Source: Gemmatimonadales bacterium (GTDB lineage: Bacteria > Gemmatimonadota > Gemmatimonadetes > Gemmatimonadales > GWC2-71-9). Taken from it: a stretch of 64,000 nt of DNA. The stretch lies in contig JBFXAY010000006.1 of the NCBI GenBank assembly GCA_050183815.1, positions 49,208-113,207 on the forward strand, given 5' to 3'. The position numbers were made by a program, and so were the translations under genes. Of the stretch, positions 40,833 to 48,811 are shown piece after piece. The stretch's first letter is position 1, and every line of letters begins with the position of its first letter. The notes under the pieces are model-generated. The model searched no databases. It saw nothing but the letters and a program-made list of their open reading frames with translations, and was not told where the DNA came from.

Positions 40833-42157
40833 CTGGCGTGCTCCGCCCGCCAGGCTTCGACTCCCGCGGCGGCGCGCCGGAACGGAGCCAGGGTCAGGAA
40901 GAAGGTGACGGCGGCGACCACCAGACCGGCGACGGTCACCACCAGAATCGAACGGCCGATCAGCATGTCGTCACCGAAGACGTAGTCGGTCAGTGCCGCC
41001 ACGAGCAGCGGGCCGAAGGTCTGACCGATGAGGTTGACGACCAGAAGGTAGACGGCGGACGTCTGTGCCCGCATCGGGACCGGAGAGATTTCCTGGATAG
41101 CCGCCGCCGCCGCGCCGAACCCGAACGAGGCGAAGAAGGTAGATGGAATCAGCGCCCACGAGACGATCGACGTCGGCGCGAAGAGGAAGAGGAAGGCCGA
41201 AGCGAGCTCGCCGGTGATGCCGATCAGTCCGATCCGGATCTTGGCATCGGCGTAGCCGCGACGGGCCAGCCAGTCGCCCAGCAAGCCGCCGATCACCACG
41301 CCGGCCACGCCGAACGTCGCCGTCCAGAGGCCGTAGGTCAGCCCGACCTGTCGCGGCGTCCAGCCGTGGATTCGCTGCAACCAGGTCGGCACCCAGTAGG
41401 CCCACGAGTAGTTCACCAGCGCGATGGCCGCGAAGCCGAAGTTGTGGCCGGCGAAAGCGCCCAGGTGCCGCCGCACGTAGGCGACCACGCCGGCGACCGG
41501 AACCGGATCGACGGGACCGCTCGCCATGCCGCCCCGCCGCGGCTCCTTGAGCGTGGCGACCCAGAGCGACATCAGGAGACCGGGAATGCCGATGGCGAGG
41601 AACACAACCTGCCAGGCCCGGAGCGAACCCAGCACGGGCAGGACGACGGCGGCGTCGCCGCTCACCCGGCCGGTGATCCAGCCGCCCAGCATCAGCGCCA
41701 GGCCGCTCCCGAGATAGATCCCCAGCGAGTAGATGCCGATCGCGGCGCCGAGACGGTCCTTCGGGAAGTAGTCGGCGATCATCGAGTAGGCCGGTGGCGA
41801 GAGCCCGGCTTCGCCGACACCGACGCCCACCCGCGCGAGGAACAGCTGCCAGTAGTTCCGGGCCAGGCCGCAAAACGCCGTCATCACGCTCCAGGTCGCG
41901 ATCGCCCAGGCAATGATCGTTCGGCGGCTCATGCGGTCGGCCAGGCGGCCGATCGGGAGGCCGAGGACGCTGTAGAAGACGGCGAACGACAGCCCCATGA
42001 GGAGGCTCATTTGGGTGTCGCTGATGCCAAGGTCTCGACGGATCGGCGTCACCATCAGTGCGATGATCTGACGGTCGATGAACGACGAGACGTAGGCGAT
42101 CATCAGGACCGCGACCACATACCAGGAGTACCACGATCGGTCAGCCGGCCGGCTCAC
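40829..42157 (-). CDS. MFS transporter (12 TM)
   Basis: 442 aa. The MFS loop motif GRLADRMSRR between TM2 and TM3, hydrophobic throughout. Confidence 0.88.
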   Translation of the reverse strand: MSRPADRSWYSWYVVAVLMIAYVSSFIDRQIIALMVTPIRRDLGISDTQMSLLMGLSFAVFYSVLGLPIGRLADRMSRRTIIAWAIATWSVMTAFCGLARNYWQLFLARVGVGVGEAGLSPPAYSMIADYFPKDRLGAAIGIYSLGIYLGSGLALMLGGWITGRVSGDAAVVLPVLGSLRAWQVVFLAIGIPGLLMSLWVATLKEPRRGGMASGPVDPVPVAGVVAYVRRHLGAFAGHNFGFAAIALVNYSWAYWVPTWLQRIHGWTPRQVGLTYGLWTATFGVAGVVIGGLLGDWLARRGYADAKIRIGLIGITGELASAFLFLFAPTSIVSWALIPSTFFASFGFGAAAAAIQEISPVPMRAQTSAVYLLVVNLIGQTFGPLLVAALTDYVFGDDMLIGRSILVVTVAGLVVAAVTFFLTLAPFRRAAAGVEAWRAEHAR

Positions 42158-42400
42158 GGGCCGGTGCGCTCCGGCGCGATCTCTCTCGCTGTCACCACCA
42201 CCTCCTCATGACGCCGCCACCCGGTTGCCGGTGGTCGAACAACGTAGCCGCTTTGGGCACGGTTTTCCCCGGCCCGGCCTGCTCCGGCGACCGTCCCGGA
42301 CTCGGCCGGTGTCCATTTCAGGGGAATCGGCGTCCACGATTGAGGACACCATGACGGAGCTCGAAATCGTCAAGTTGTTGTCAAATAACAGCTTTGATGT

Positions 42401-42416
42401 TGGCACGCTCCTCGCA
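42401..42416 (+). promoter_or_regulatory. Sigma-54 promoter candidate (-24/-12)
   Basis: TGGCACGCTCCTCGCA against TGGCACG-N4-TTGCA. GG/GC spacing is exact, with one mismatch in the -12 box. It lies 59 nt upstream of GTG 42475 and is preceded by a 40-bp AT-rich tract containing a TCAA-N4-TTG IHF-like core. Confidence 0.6.
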
Positions 42417-42474
42417 TTTCAGCTCTTCGGAGACGAACCACAAACAGTCCGAACGACCGGACGAGGAGGCCACC

Positions 42475-42957
42475 GTGAAAGGACGCCATCAGGTACTCGC
42501 ATACGGACTCGCCCTGGCAGCACTGGCGACGTTTTCGGGCCGGGCCGAGGCGCAGCGGGTTTCCGCCCACATCAGAATCGGGGGCGGACCGGTGTCGGGT
42601 ACGGTGCACGTCGGTGACTATCCTCGTCCGCGCCGGGTCGTCTACACGCGGGTCTTCCCGCGGCGGGTTTCGATCGAACGCCGGGCCCTCGACGCCCGAC
42701 GAATCCGCAACGCCCGCGTCGTCGTTCTCTACTACGATCGGGACTGCGACCTGTACTTCGATCGGTATCGTAGGGGTCTCGTCGAGGTTCGGGTGTATCA
42801 GGAGAGGGACCGCTTCTATCGGCTCGACCCGCGGGATCGTCGCTGGGATCGGGATCGGGGCCGCGATCGGGACCGGGACCGGTATGACCGGCGGGATGAT
42901 CGGGATCGGCGCGACCGAGATGACGATTACGGCGCCTGGGAGCACGACCATCACTAG
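42475..42957 (+). CDS. Secreted hypothetical protein with a C-terminal Arg/Asp dipeptide-repeat tail and His-rich end
   Basis: GTG 42475, with GAGGAGG 7 nt upstream. Signal peptide (KGRHQVLAYGLALAALATFSGRAEAQ). Tail RDRRWDRDRGRDRDRDRYDRRDDRDRRDRDDDYGAWEHDHH. Confidence 0.6.
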   Translation: MKGRHQVLAYGLALAALATFSGRAEAQRVSAHIRIGGGPVSGTVHVGDYPRPRRVVYTRVFPRRVSIERRALDARRIRNARVVVLYYDRDCDLYFDRYRRGLVEVRVYQERDRFYRLDPRDRRWDRDRGRDRDRDRYDRRDDRDRRDRDDDYGAWEHDHH

Positions 42958-43067
42958 CTCCCGCGCATCACAGTAGCAGTAGGGTCAGCCAACCCTTCCC
43001 TTTGAGCCCCCTTGCTCAGACCAACGGCTGATCCAGTACACCCGAGGCTCCCAGCCGAGGGTCAGGG

Positions 43068-43098
43068 CAACCCCGCGACGGCGGGGTTGTTCTGTTTT
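43068..43098 (+). terminator. Rho-independent terminator
   Basis: CAACCCCGC-GACG-GCGGGGTTG, followed by TTCTGTTTTCGT. It lies 110 nt after the RD-rich gene stop. Confidence 0.65.
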
Positions 43099-43167
43099 CG
43101 TCTCCGGGCTCCCGCCGCTCGTCGCCCGGGGTGACATTTCCGCAACGCACCGTCTCGAGGTCAGGTC

Positions 43168-43791
43168 ATGGTCGGATTGCTCGCCGTCGCCGTTCTCTGT
43201 ACCGCCCCTCCGGCGGGGGCCGCCGCCGCCGATTCGCTGGCCGCTCTCTATCAGCAGGGCCGGTCGTGGACGGAGTTCCTGGCCGGGGCCAACGCCCGCC
43301 GCGACGCCTGGGTGGGCAACTATCGGGATGGCGAAGCCGACTCGGCCGCCGTCCAACGGGTCCGGCAGCTGGCGGGTCGCTGGCGGCTGCTCGTCGTAGC
43401 CGAGGACTGGTGCTCCGATTCGGTCAACACGTTGCCCTACGTCGCTCGGCTGGCCGAGGCCGGCTCCGCGCTCGAGATCCGCATCATTGGCTCGGCGGTG
43501 GGCCGCGCGGTGATGGCGAGCCACCCCACGCCGGACGGGCGAGCGGCAACGCCGACGATGATCGTCATCGACGAGGAGGGTCGCGAGGCGGGCTGTTTCG
43601 TCGAGCGTCCGGCAGCGCTGCGAGCATGGCTCGCGGCGGGCGGCGGCCGGAACAAGGCGGAGTGGTATCGCGAGGATCGCGGCCGTTCCACCGTGACCGA
43701 CCTGCTCGACCAGCTTGGAGCGGCGTCAGCGCGCCGGCTCGACGGGCCGAACCCGGACGGTGAGGCCGGATACCGCTGCACCGTCCGCTGA
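43168..43791 (+). CDS. Thioredoxin-fold family protein (Thioredoxin_9-like), secreted, degenerate active site WCSDS
   Basis: 207 aa with a signal peptide. The LLVVAEDWCSDSVNTLPYVARLAE block is typical of this family. Confidence 0.7.
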   Translation: MVGLLAVAVLCTAPPAGAAAADSLAALYQQGRSWTEFLAGANARRDAWVGNYRDGEADSAAVQRVRQLAGRWRLLVVAEDWCSDSVNTLPYVARLAEAGSALEIRIIGSAVGRAVMASHPTPDGRAATPTMIVIDEEGREAGCFVERPAALRAWLAAGGGRNKAEWYREDRGRSTVTDLLDQLGAASARRLDGPNPDGEAGYRCTVR

Positions 43792-46278
43792 AGCCGCCAA
43801 GGTGAACCGCAGCGCCTCGGCGGCAAGGCCGAGGCGCTGACCGGTGGCCGGGTCGAGCGACAGCTCGTACTCGCCGGGCCGGATCCCCATCGCGTAGAAC
43901 TCCCCGTCGCTGAAGCTGACGATTCGGCGTATCTGTCCCGTGCCGAGATGCCGGAGGACCAGGGTCACGCCCGGTGCCCCGGCCGAGTCGGCGCGGAGGA
44001 CCTTGCCGTCGATGACGCCGCCGGGTGCGATGGGAATGTCGACGATGCGGTACCGATTCGGTCCCGGCTCGACCGCCACGGCAGCCCGGGTCGGGACCCA
44101 GAGCGGTGAGGCGAGCGTGGCCGAGTCGACCGCCACCACGGCCGGTTCATAGGGCGTGACGTTCCAGAGGCGATACTCGCCCCGCGCGTCGGAGACCCGG
44201 GTTTCGAGGCCGACGCTTACCCGGACGTTGGGAAGCAGGGGTTCGCCGTCGTCGAGGCGTTCGTTGCCGTTCTCGTCGAGGAACACCCGCCCGGCGACGC
44301 CCGCGCGCTCGACGGAGGGACCGGCCGAGAGTTGGACCCGGCCGGCCTGGCGGTCGAGCAGGACCGAGCCCTGGACGTACTGGCTCGCGGTCGTGCCGGT
44401 CCGGCGGGCCGCCATCGTCGCGAACGCCCGCACCGTCTGGAGGTTGGCGGCGACGTTGACGCTGAGCAGCGGACCCTGCAGGGCGCTCCACCCGCCACCG
44501 GCCTCGAGCCGCACCGAGCGGGAGAGATTCCGGCCGGCGAAGACCGTGACGGCCGACGGCCGGAGTGACGACTCGGCCTCGACGAAGAAGCGCGCGGTGG
44601 CGGCGCCGAGCACCGGTCCGAGGCTGCGGAGCGGAAGCAGATAGCCGTTGACCTCGAAGCTGGTCCGCCGCGCCGGGCCGCCGCCCGCCCCGCGCTGCCA
44701 TCGCACGGCCGGCAGCAGTTGCAGTTCGTGGTATTGAACGGCACCGCCGAGGCGTCCGCTCGTCAGCGTCCCGGTTTCCGTTCTGATCAGATCGACGCCG
44801 CCCTCCACGAACCAGTCGCCCGATCCGTCGGCGGGGCGGTAGAGGCCGGTGAACGTGACCTGCTCACGGCGGCCCGGTACGGTGACGATCGGATCCGCCA
44901 CCCCGCGGGCGAAGCGAGTGGCTTCGATGCCGAGTGCGAGGCCGACGTTGGGTTCGAACCGGAGGGCGGTCCGCGCGATCGCATGGCCCACCACCTCGGC
45001 TTGTACGCCGAAGGCGTTGCCCACCGAGCCGACGATCCCCGCGTATGGGTGGAAGAGGTTGCCCACGGAATCCGGTCGCCAGAAGCGATCGAGGCCGGCC
45101 TGGGCGGTCCATCGGGTCGAGAGGCCGTAGCGGACGTCGGCGTTCGCGGTGGCATCGCAACGGTCGGTGCGGCAGGCGCCGAGCGAGGCACCGTACTCGA
45201 CCCGGCCGGCGCGGACCCGGTTGGCGTCGACCCGGTGGGCCCGGCTGAAGCGGCGGACCTCGCCGAACGGTCCGTAGGCGATGAATTCGACCGCGTTCTC
45301 GCCGTAGGCGATCGGCGCGTCGATGGAGTACTGCCCGAGGGCGTTCACGGAGTCGTACGCGAGCAGGCGGCCGCCGCGGTAGGCCTCGACCTCCCAGCCG
45401 GGTCCGAGGTTTCCCGTGAAGGCGACCTCACCCAGGTCGTTGGGCCGAAGCCACGGCGCGTTGCCGATGGTAAGGCCGCGAACCGAGCGGGGCCGGGGTC
45501 CGGAGCTGACGCCGTCGCCGAGGCGGGCTTGGGCAAGCCAGGGATTGTTCCGCCAGGTCCCGGCCCAGGCGACGTCGGTGCGGGGGCCGCCGGTTGCCGC
45601 GGTGCCGCTTTGTACGGCCGCAGTGAAGGAGCCGCCGAAGAGGTCGAGGCCCAGGGCGGTCGAATAGGCAGCGTTGCGGAGGCTGGTGCCCGCGGGCGCG
45701 AACACGCCGTAGTCAACGACGAGGCCATCGATGGCGCGGCGCGGTTCGGCGAGCAGCGGGGCCTCGATCGGCCCATCCCCGCGGCTCGCCGCTGTCCGGC
45801 GACGCCACTCGCGGGTGATCCGCACGGCGAGCGGCAGCGCGGAGGGGTCGACCAGTGTGGCCGTCAGGTCGGGCCAGTTGACGTTCCAGTCACCCTGGAG
45901 GAGCTGGCCCAGGACCGTGGCGGCGAGGAACCATTCCCCGTTCTGCCGGAATAGCTGCGTGGCCGCGAACGGCCATTCCCGCTCCGCGCGACGCACGGTG
46001 CCGCGGACCGGATCGATCGTGAGCGAAACGCCCGACGGTTGCAACACGGCGACGAAGCGGTCCTCGCGAACCCGCGCCTCGACCTCGGCGAGTTCGAGTA
46101 CCGCGCCGACCGGGAGCAGGGCGTCATTGCCCTGGCGGAAGGCGGGAAGGGTACGCGAGGCGAGTCGACCGAGGGCCACCTCGAGGATCACCGGCTCGGG
46201 GGCCGAATCCCGCGCAACGCTTTGCAGCGTCAGGGGCGCGACCGGGAGGATCGCGAGGACGAAGCCGAGCGCGATCAC
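43726..46278 (-). CDS. Usher-like outer-membrane fimbrial assembly protein with C-terminal CarboxypepD_reg/SdrD-B-like Ig domains
   Basis: 850 aa. The GTG overlaps the chaperone stop (GTGA). Middle block RSVRGLTIGNAPWL...GNLGPGWEVEAYRGGRLLAYDSVNALGQYSIDAPIAYGENAVEFIAYGPFGEVRR resembles an usher plug/barrel segment. C-terminal domains RVFLDENGNERLDDGE... and GVIDGKVL.... Confidence 0.65.
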   Translation of the reverse strand: MIALGFVLAILPVAPLTLQSVARDSAPEPVILEVALGRLASRTLPAFRQGNDALLPVGAVLELAEVEARVREDRFVAVLQPSGVSLTIDPVRGTVRRAEREWPFAATQLFRQNGEWFLAATVLGQLLQGDWNVNWPDLTATLVDPSALPLAVRITREWRRRTAASRGDGPIEAPLLAEPRRAIDGLVVDYGVFAPAGTSLRNAAYSTALGLDLFGGSFTAAVQSGTAATGGPRTDVAWAGTWRNNPWLAQARLGDGVSSGPRPRSVRGLTIGNAPWLRPNDLGEVAFTGNLGPGWEVEAYRGGRLLAYDSVNALGQYSIDAPIAYGENAVEFIAYGPFGEVRRFSRAHRVDANRVRAGRVEYGASLGACRTDRCDATANADVRYGLSTRWTAQAGLDRFWRPDSVGNLFHPYAGIVGSVGNAFGVQAEVVGHAIARTALRFEPNVGLALGIEATRFARGVADPIVTVPGRREQVTFTGLYRPADGSGDWFVEGGVDLIRTETGTLTSGRLGGAVQYHELQLLPAVRWQRGAGGGPARRTSFEVNGYLLPLRSLGPVLGAATARFFVEAESSLRPSAVTVFAGRNLSRSVRLEAGGGWSALQGPLLSVNVAANLQTVRAFATMAARRTGTTASQYVQGSVLLDRQAGRVQLSAGPSVERAGVAGRVFLDENGNERLDDGEPLLPNVRVSVGLETRVSDARGEYRLWNVTPYEPAVVAVDSATLASPLWVPTRAAVAVEPGPNRYRIVDIPIAPGGVIDGKVLRADSAGAPGVTLVLRHLGTGQIRRIVSFSDGEFYAMGIRPGEYELSLDPATGQRLGLAAEALRFTLAASADGAAVSGLTVRVRPVEPAR

Positions 46279-47117
46279 GGGAGGACGACGGTCGCTTCGG
46301 TGCTGGAGGCCGCGGCCTGGACCAGTTGTTCCGGCGGAAGATCGGTGCGATCGGTGCGGAATTCGAGGCGGAGGCGGTAGCGGCCGGCGGCCGCGGTGCC
46401 GAGGGGCAGGGCGAACCGGGGTTCAGCCTCGGTGTAGATCGCGATCGGGGCCGAGAACCGGCCCGCCACGCCACCGCGTTCGTCGAGCAGCGTGCCGGAG
46501 ACGGTGCCGATGAAGGCGGCGTTGCCCTGCCGGACCAGGCGGGTCCGGACCAGCAGCGAATCGCCCTGACGTTCGGCCGTCGGCGGTTCGGCGGTGATGC
46601 CGGTCGAGACCCCGCCTTTGCGGTACTGGAGCGGGATGATGGTCCGGACCTCGAGATTCAGGCCGACCGTGATGCCGGCCGGTGCAGAGTCGGCGAGCGT
46701 GACCGGTGCCTGGCCACCCCGCGCCGTGATCATGATCCGGCTCCAGTACTCGCCGTCGGCGAGGTTGGCCGGCGGACGGCCGAGGAGCCGCACCGTCTGA
46801 CGCTCGAGGGGGCCGATGACCATTCGACGGGGGTAGGCCTCGATCCATTCTGCGGCGGAGCGGCGGTCGCCGGTTCCGGGCGGAGTGGCAAGTTCGAAGT
46901 CGCCGGCCGAGTCGGTGACCGGATAGCCGAAGAAGGTGGAGATTGAGATCTCCGCCGGTTCCGACCCGGGATTGTAGAGCGTGATCGAGGCGCTGCGGGT
47001 CCGGTGGTCGACCACCACCGCGTGCGGAGCGACGAGCACGCCCTGGGCCGCCGCCCGTTCGGGCGCGAGGCCGGCAAGCAGCCCGGCCGCGAGTACGGGG
47101 AGCAGGACGGCCTTCAT
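46275..47117 (-). CDS. PapD-like periplasmic fimbrial chaperone
   Basis: Start at ATG 47117 with a signal peptide (MKAVLLPVLAAGLLAGLAPERAAAQG). Two Ig-like halves. The block ...ITLYNPGSEPAEISIS...YPRRMVIGPLERQTVRLL resembles the chaperone 'PP.f.L.P...q.vRi' block. Confidence 0.65.
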   Translation of the reverse strand: MKAVLLPVLAAGLLAGLAPERAAAQGVLVAPHAVVVDHRTRSASITLYNPGSEPAEISISTFFGYPVTDSAGDFELATPPGTGDRRSAAEWIEAYPRRMVIGPLERQTVRLLGRPPANLADGEYWSRIMITARGGQAPVTLADSAPAGITVGLNLEVRTIIPLQYRKGGVSTGITAEPPTAERQGDSLLVRTRLVRQGNAAFIGTVSGTLLDERGGVAGRFSAPIAIYTEAEPRFALPLGTAAAGRYRLRLEFRTDRTDLPPEQLVQAAASSTEATVVLP

Positions 47118-47575
47118 CAGAAAACCGTTACCGTGAGTACGACGGTGTTGGTGTAGGTACCGACCGGCTGGTTGGCGGCCGGTTGGACCGTGCCGCCGAG
47201 CCAGATGTTCGCATCGGCGCTCGTCACCATCGTGTAGTTGACGTTGCTGTTCGGATTGAAGAATGCGGGCAGGCTCGTCGGCCCCGTGCCCTGGGCCATC
47301 GCATCGTTCGGGCCGAAGCGGATGCGCATCTGGGCCCCGCCCGGGCCATTGAGCCGGCTCGGCAGCGTGAGACGGATCCGGATCCGGGTCCCGATGCCCG
47401 GTGTGCTGAAGTAGAATTGACCACTGCGGACCGGGTCGGTCGGGCTGACCGATTGGTCGACTCCCTGGAGCACGGGACCGAAATCCAGATCGCGGACGCC
47501 CTGCACGACCAGCTGCGCCGAACACGGCGCAGCGGTCATGACGAGGGTCAGCAGAGCGAGACTCGATCTCGGCAT
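47117..47575 (-). CDS. Csu/SCPU- or DUF4402-like fimbrial subunit 2
   Basis: Start at ATG 47575 with a signal peptide. DLDFGPVLQG near the N-terminus and a C-terminal GTYTNTVVLTVTVF signature. The stop overlaps the chaperone start (TGATG). Confidence 0.7.
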   Translation of the reverse strand: MPRSSLALLTLVMTAAPCSAQLVVQGVRDLDFGPVLQGVDQSVSPTDPVRSGQFYFSTPGIGTRIRIRLTLPSRLNGPGGAQMRIRFGPNDAMAQGTGPTSLPAFFNPNSNVNYTMVTSADANIWLGGTVQPAANQPVGTYTNTVVLTVTVF

Positions 47576-47667
47576 CGGGGCGTGGTGCGCTCGGGTCGGG
47601 CCCGGGCGGACTGCCGGCAAACATAGTCAGCACCCGCCGGGCGCGAGCCGGAGCAGGATCCCAGGCC

Positions 47668-48180
47668 TTAGAAGTACGTCAGGGTCATCGTCACCGTGTT
47701 GGTGTACGTCCCGACGGCCTGACCGGCCGCGGGCGACACCGTGGCGCCGACGAACACCCAGAGCCGGCCGGTACCGGTCACGTTGCCGAAGCTCGTGGCC
47801 GTAGTGCCCGCCATGTTGGCGATGGCGGTGCAGCCGCTGGTGTTGACGGCCGCCGCCTGGTTGTAGCAGCCGGTCCAGGTGCCGATCGGCAGGTTGTTCG
47901 CCCCGTTCACGAGGTTCGCCGGCAGCGTGAAGTTGATGTTGACCGGTGCGTTGACCGTGCCGGTCGCGTCGAACCGGCCGGCCGCGGCCGCGGTCGAGGC
48001 GATCGTGGCGGGCGTGCCCTGGAGCACGATGCCGAAGTCGAGGTCCTGGCCGGCCGCGATCGTGATCGGCTGGCGGACGACGGCTCGGGCGTTGATGGTG
48101 CCGTTGGTCTGGGCGGCAGCCGCGGAGGCCAGGCTCAAGCCGGCGGCGACAGCGACCGATACTCGGGTGAAGATACGCAT
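47668..48180 (-). CDS. Csu/SCPU- or DUF4402-like fimbrial subunit 1 (likely the major subunit)
   Basis: Start at ATG 48180 (MRIFTRVSVAVAAGLSLASAAAAQ). DLDFGIVLQG and a C-terminal GTYTNTVTMTLTYF. It is a paralogue of 47117-47575. Confidence 0.75.
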   Translation of the reverse strand: MRIFTRVSVAVAAGLSLASAAAAQTNGTINARAVVRQPITIAAGQDLDFGIVLQGTPATIASTAAAAGRFDATGTVNAPVNINFTLPANLVNGANNLPIGTWTGCYNQAAAVNTSGCTAIANMAGTTATSFGNVTGTGRLWVFVGATVSPAAGQAVGTYTNTVTMTLTYF

Positions 48181-48265
48181 GGTGCCCTGCTCCCTCTGTC
48201 GGATGTTCGGGTTCGCTTTCCTGGTTCGGGGAGTGGCCGCTCCGCCGAACTGACTGAGGGAGGGG

Positions 48266-48280
48266 GCAACCGGCGTGCCA
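48266..48280 (-). promoter_or_regulatory. Consensus sigma-54 promoter of the fimbrial operon
   Basis: The minus strand reads TGGCACGCCGGTTGC, an exact match to TGGCACG-N4-TTGC. It lies 86 nt upstream of ATG 48180, and an AT-rich (~40% GC) tract sits immediately upstream (48290-48365). Confidence 0.7.
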
Positions 48281-48387
48281 GCGAAATTCAGGTGTGAACA
48301 TCGAAGTCGCTTTATCGGGATTGAGATTTGTAATGCGTTGTCACGTATACTTTTATAGAGTGGACTAGGTGTCCGATTCCTGGCCAT

Positions 48388-48738
48388 TTGATGAAGCCAT
48401 TCCTGCCCCCTTCTGAGGCAATTGGGGCCGTTCGGCCCCAAACGCCCGAGCCCGGGGTCCGGCGTCGGTTTGGCGTGTTTCTCGGCCTTGCCGCGGTGGG
48501 ATTTCTGCCGGCGGCGGCGCAGGCGCAGGCCGGTTCGCGGGCGCTTCAGGCCCGGGTGGTCGTGGTCCGGCCGGAGGCTGGGGCGGGTCAGCTGGCGGTG
48601 GCTCGGTCGCTCGCCCTGTCGGCGTCAGCCCGCCGGGTCGAGGCGGGTCTGGCGACGGTGATTTCCTCCCGCCGGGCGGCGGCTCCGGCCCCCGGGGACC
48701 GGCCCCGCGTCATCACGATTCAGTTCCTCCGCAACTAG
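48388..48738 (+). CDS. Hypothetical small secreted protein (116 aa), uncertain
   Basis: The ORF has a signal-like segment (FGVFLGLAAVGFLPAAAQAQA). It is divergent from the fimbrial operon and upstream of cysD. No motif recognised. Confidence 0.35.
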   Translation: MMKPFLPPSEAIGAVRPQTPEPGVRRRFGVFLGLAAVGFLPAAAQAQAGSRALQARVVVVRPEAGAGQLAVARSLALSASARRVEAGLATVISSRRAAAPAPGDRPRVITIQFLRN

Positions 48739-48811
48739 CGCCGTTCCATTGCCGGCCGGGCCTCGGTCCCGAGTCGGCGCGGTATATTCCCGCCATGGCG
48801 ATCGAGTCGCG

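Noticed and set aside
42835-42945. A periodic GATCGG/GACCGG DNA repeat, considered as a tandem repeat or CRISPR-like array
   Set aside because: The units are 6 nt with no spacers, and they lie inside an ORF where they encode Arg-Asp dipeptides. This is coding low complexity, not an array.
42370-42954. 194-aa minus-strand ORF with a PIPIIPPVIPVPVPIAAPIPIP repeat
   Set aside because: It is the mirror image of the plus-strand RD-repeat. The plus-strand reading has an SD, a signal peptide, an upstream sigma-54 promoter and a downstream terminator, and the minus-strand ORF has none of these.
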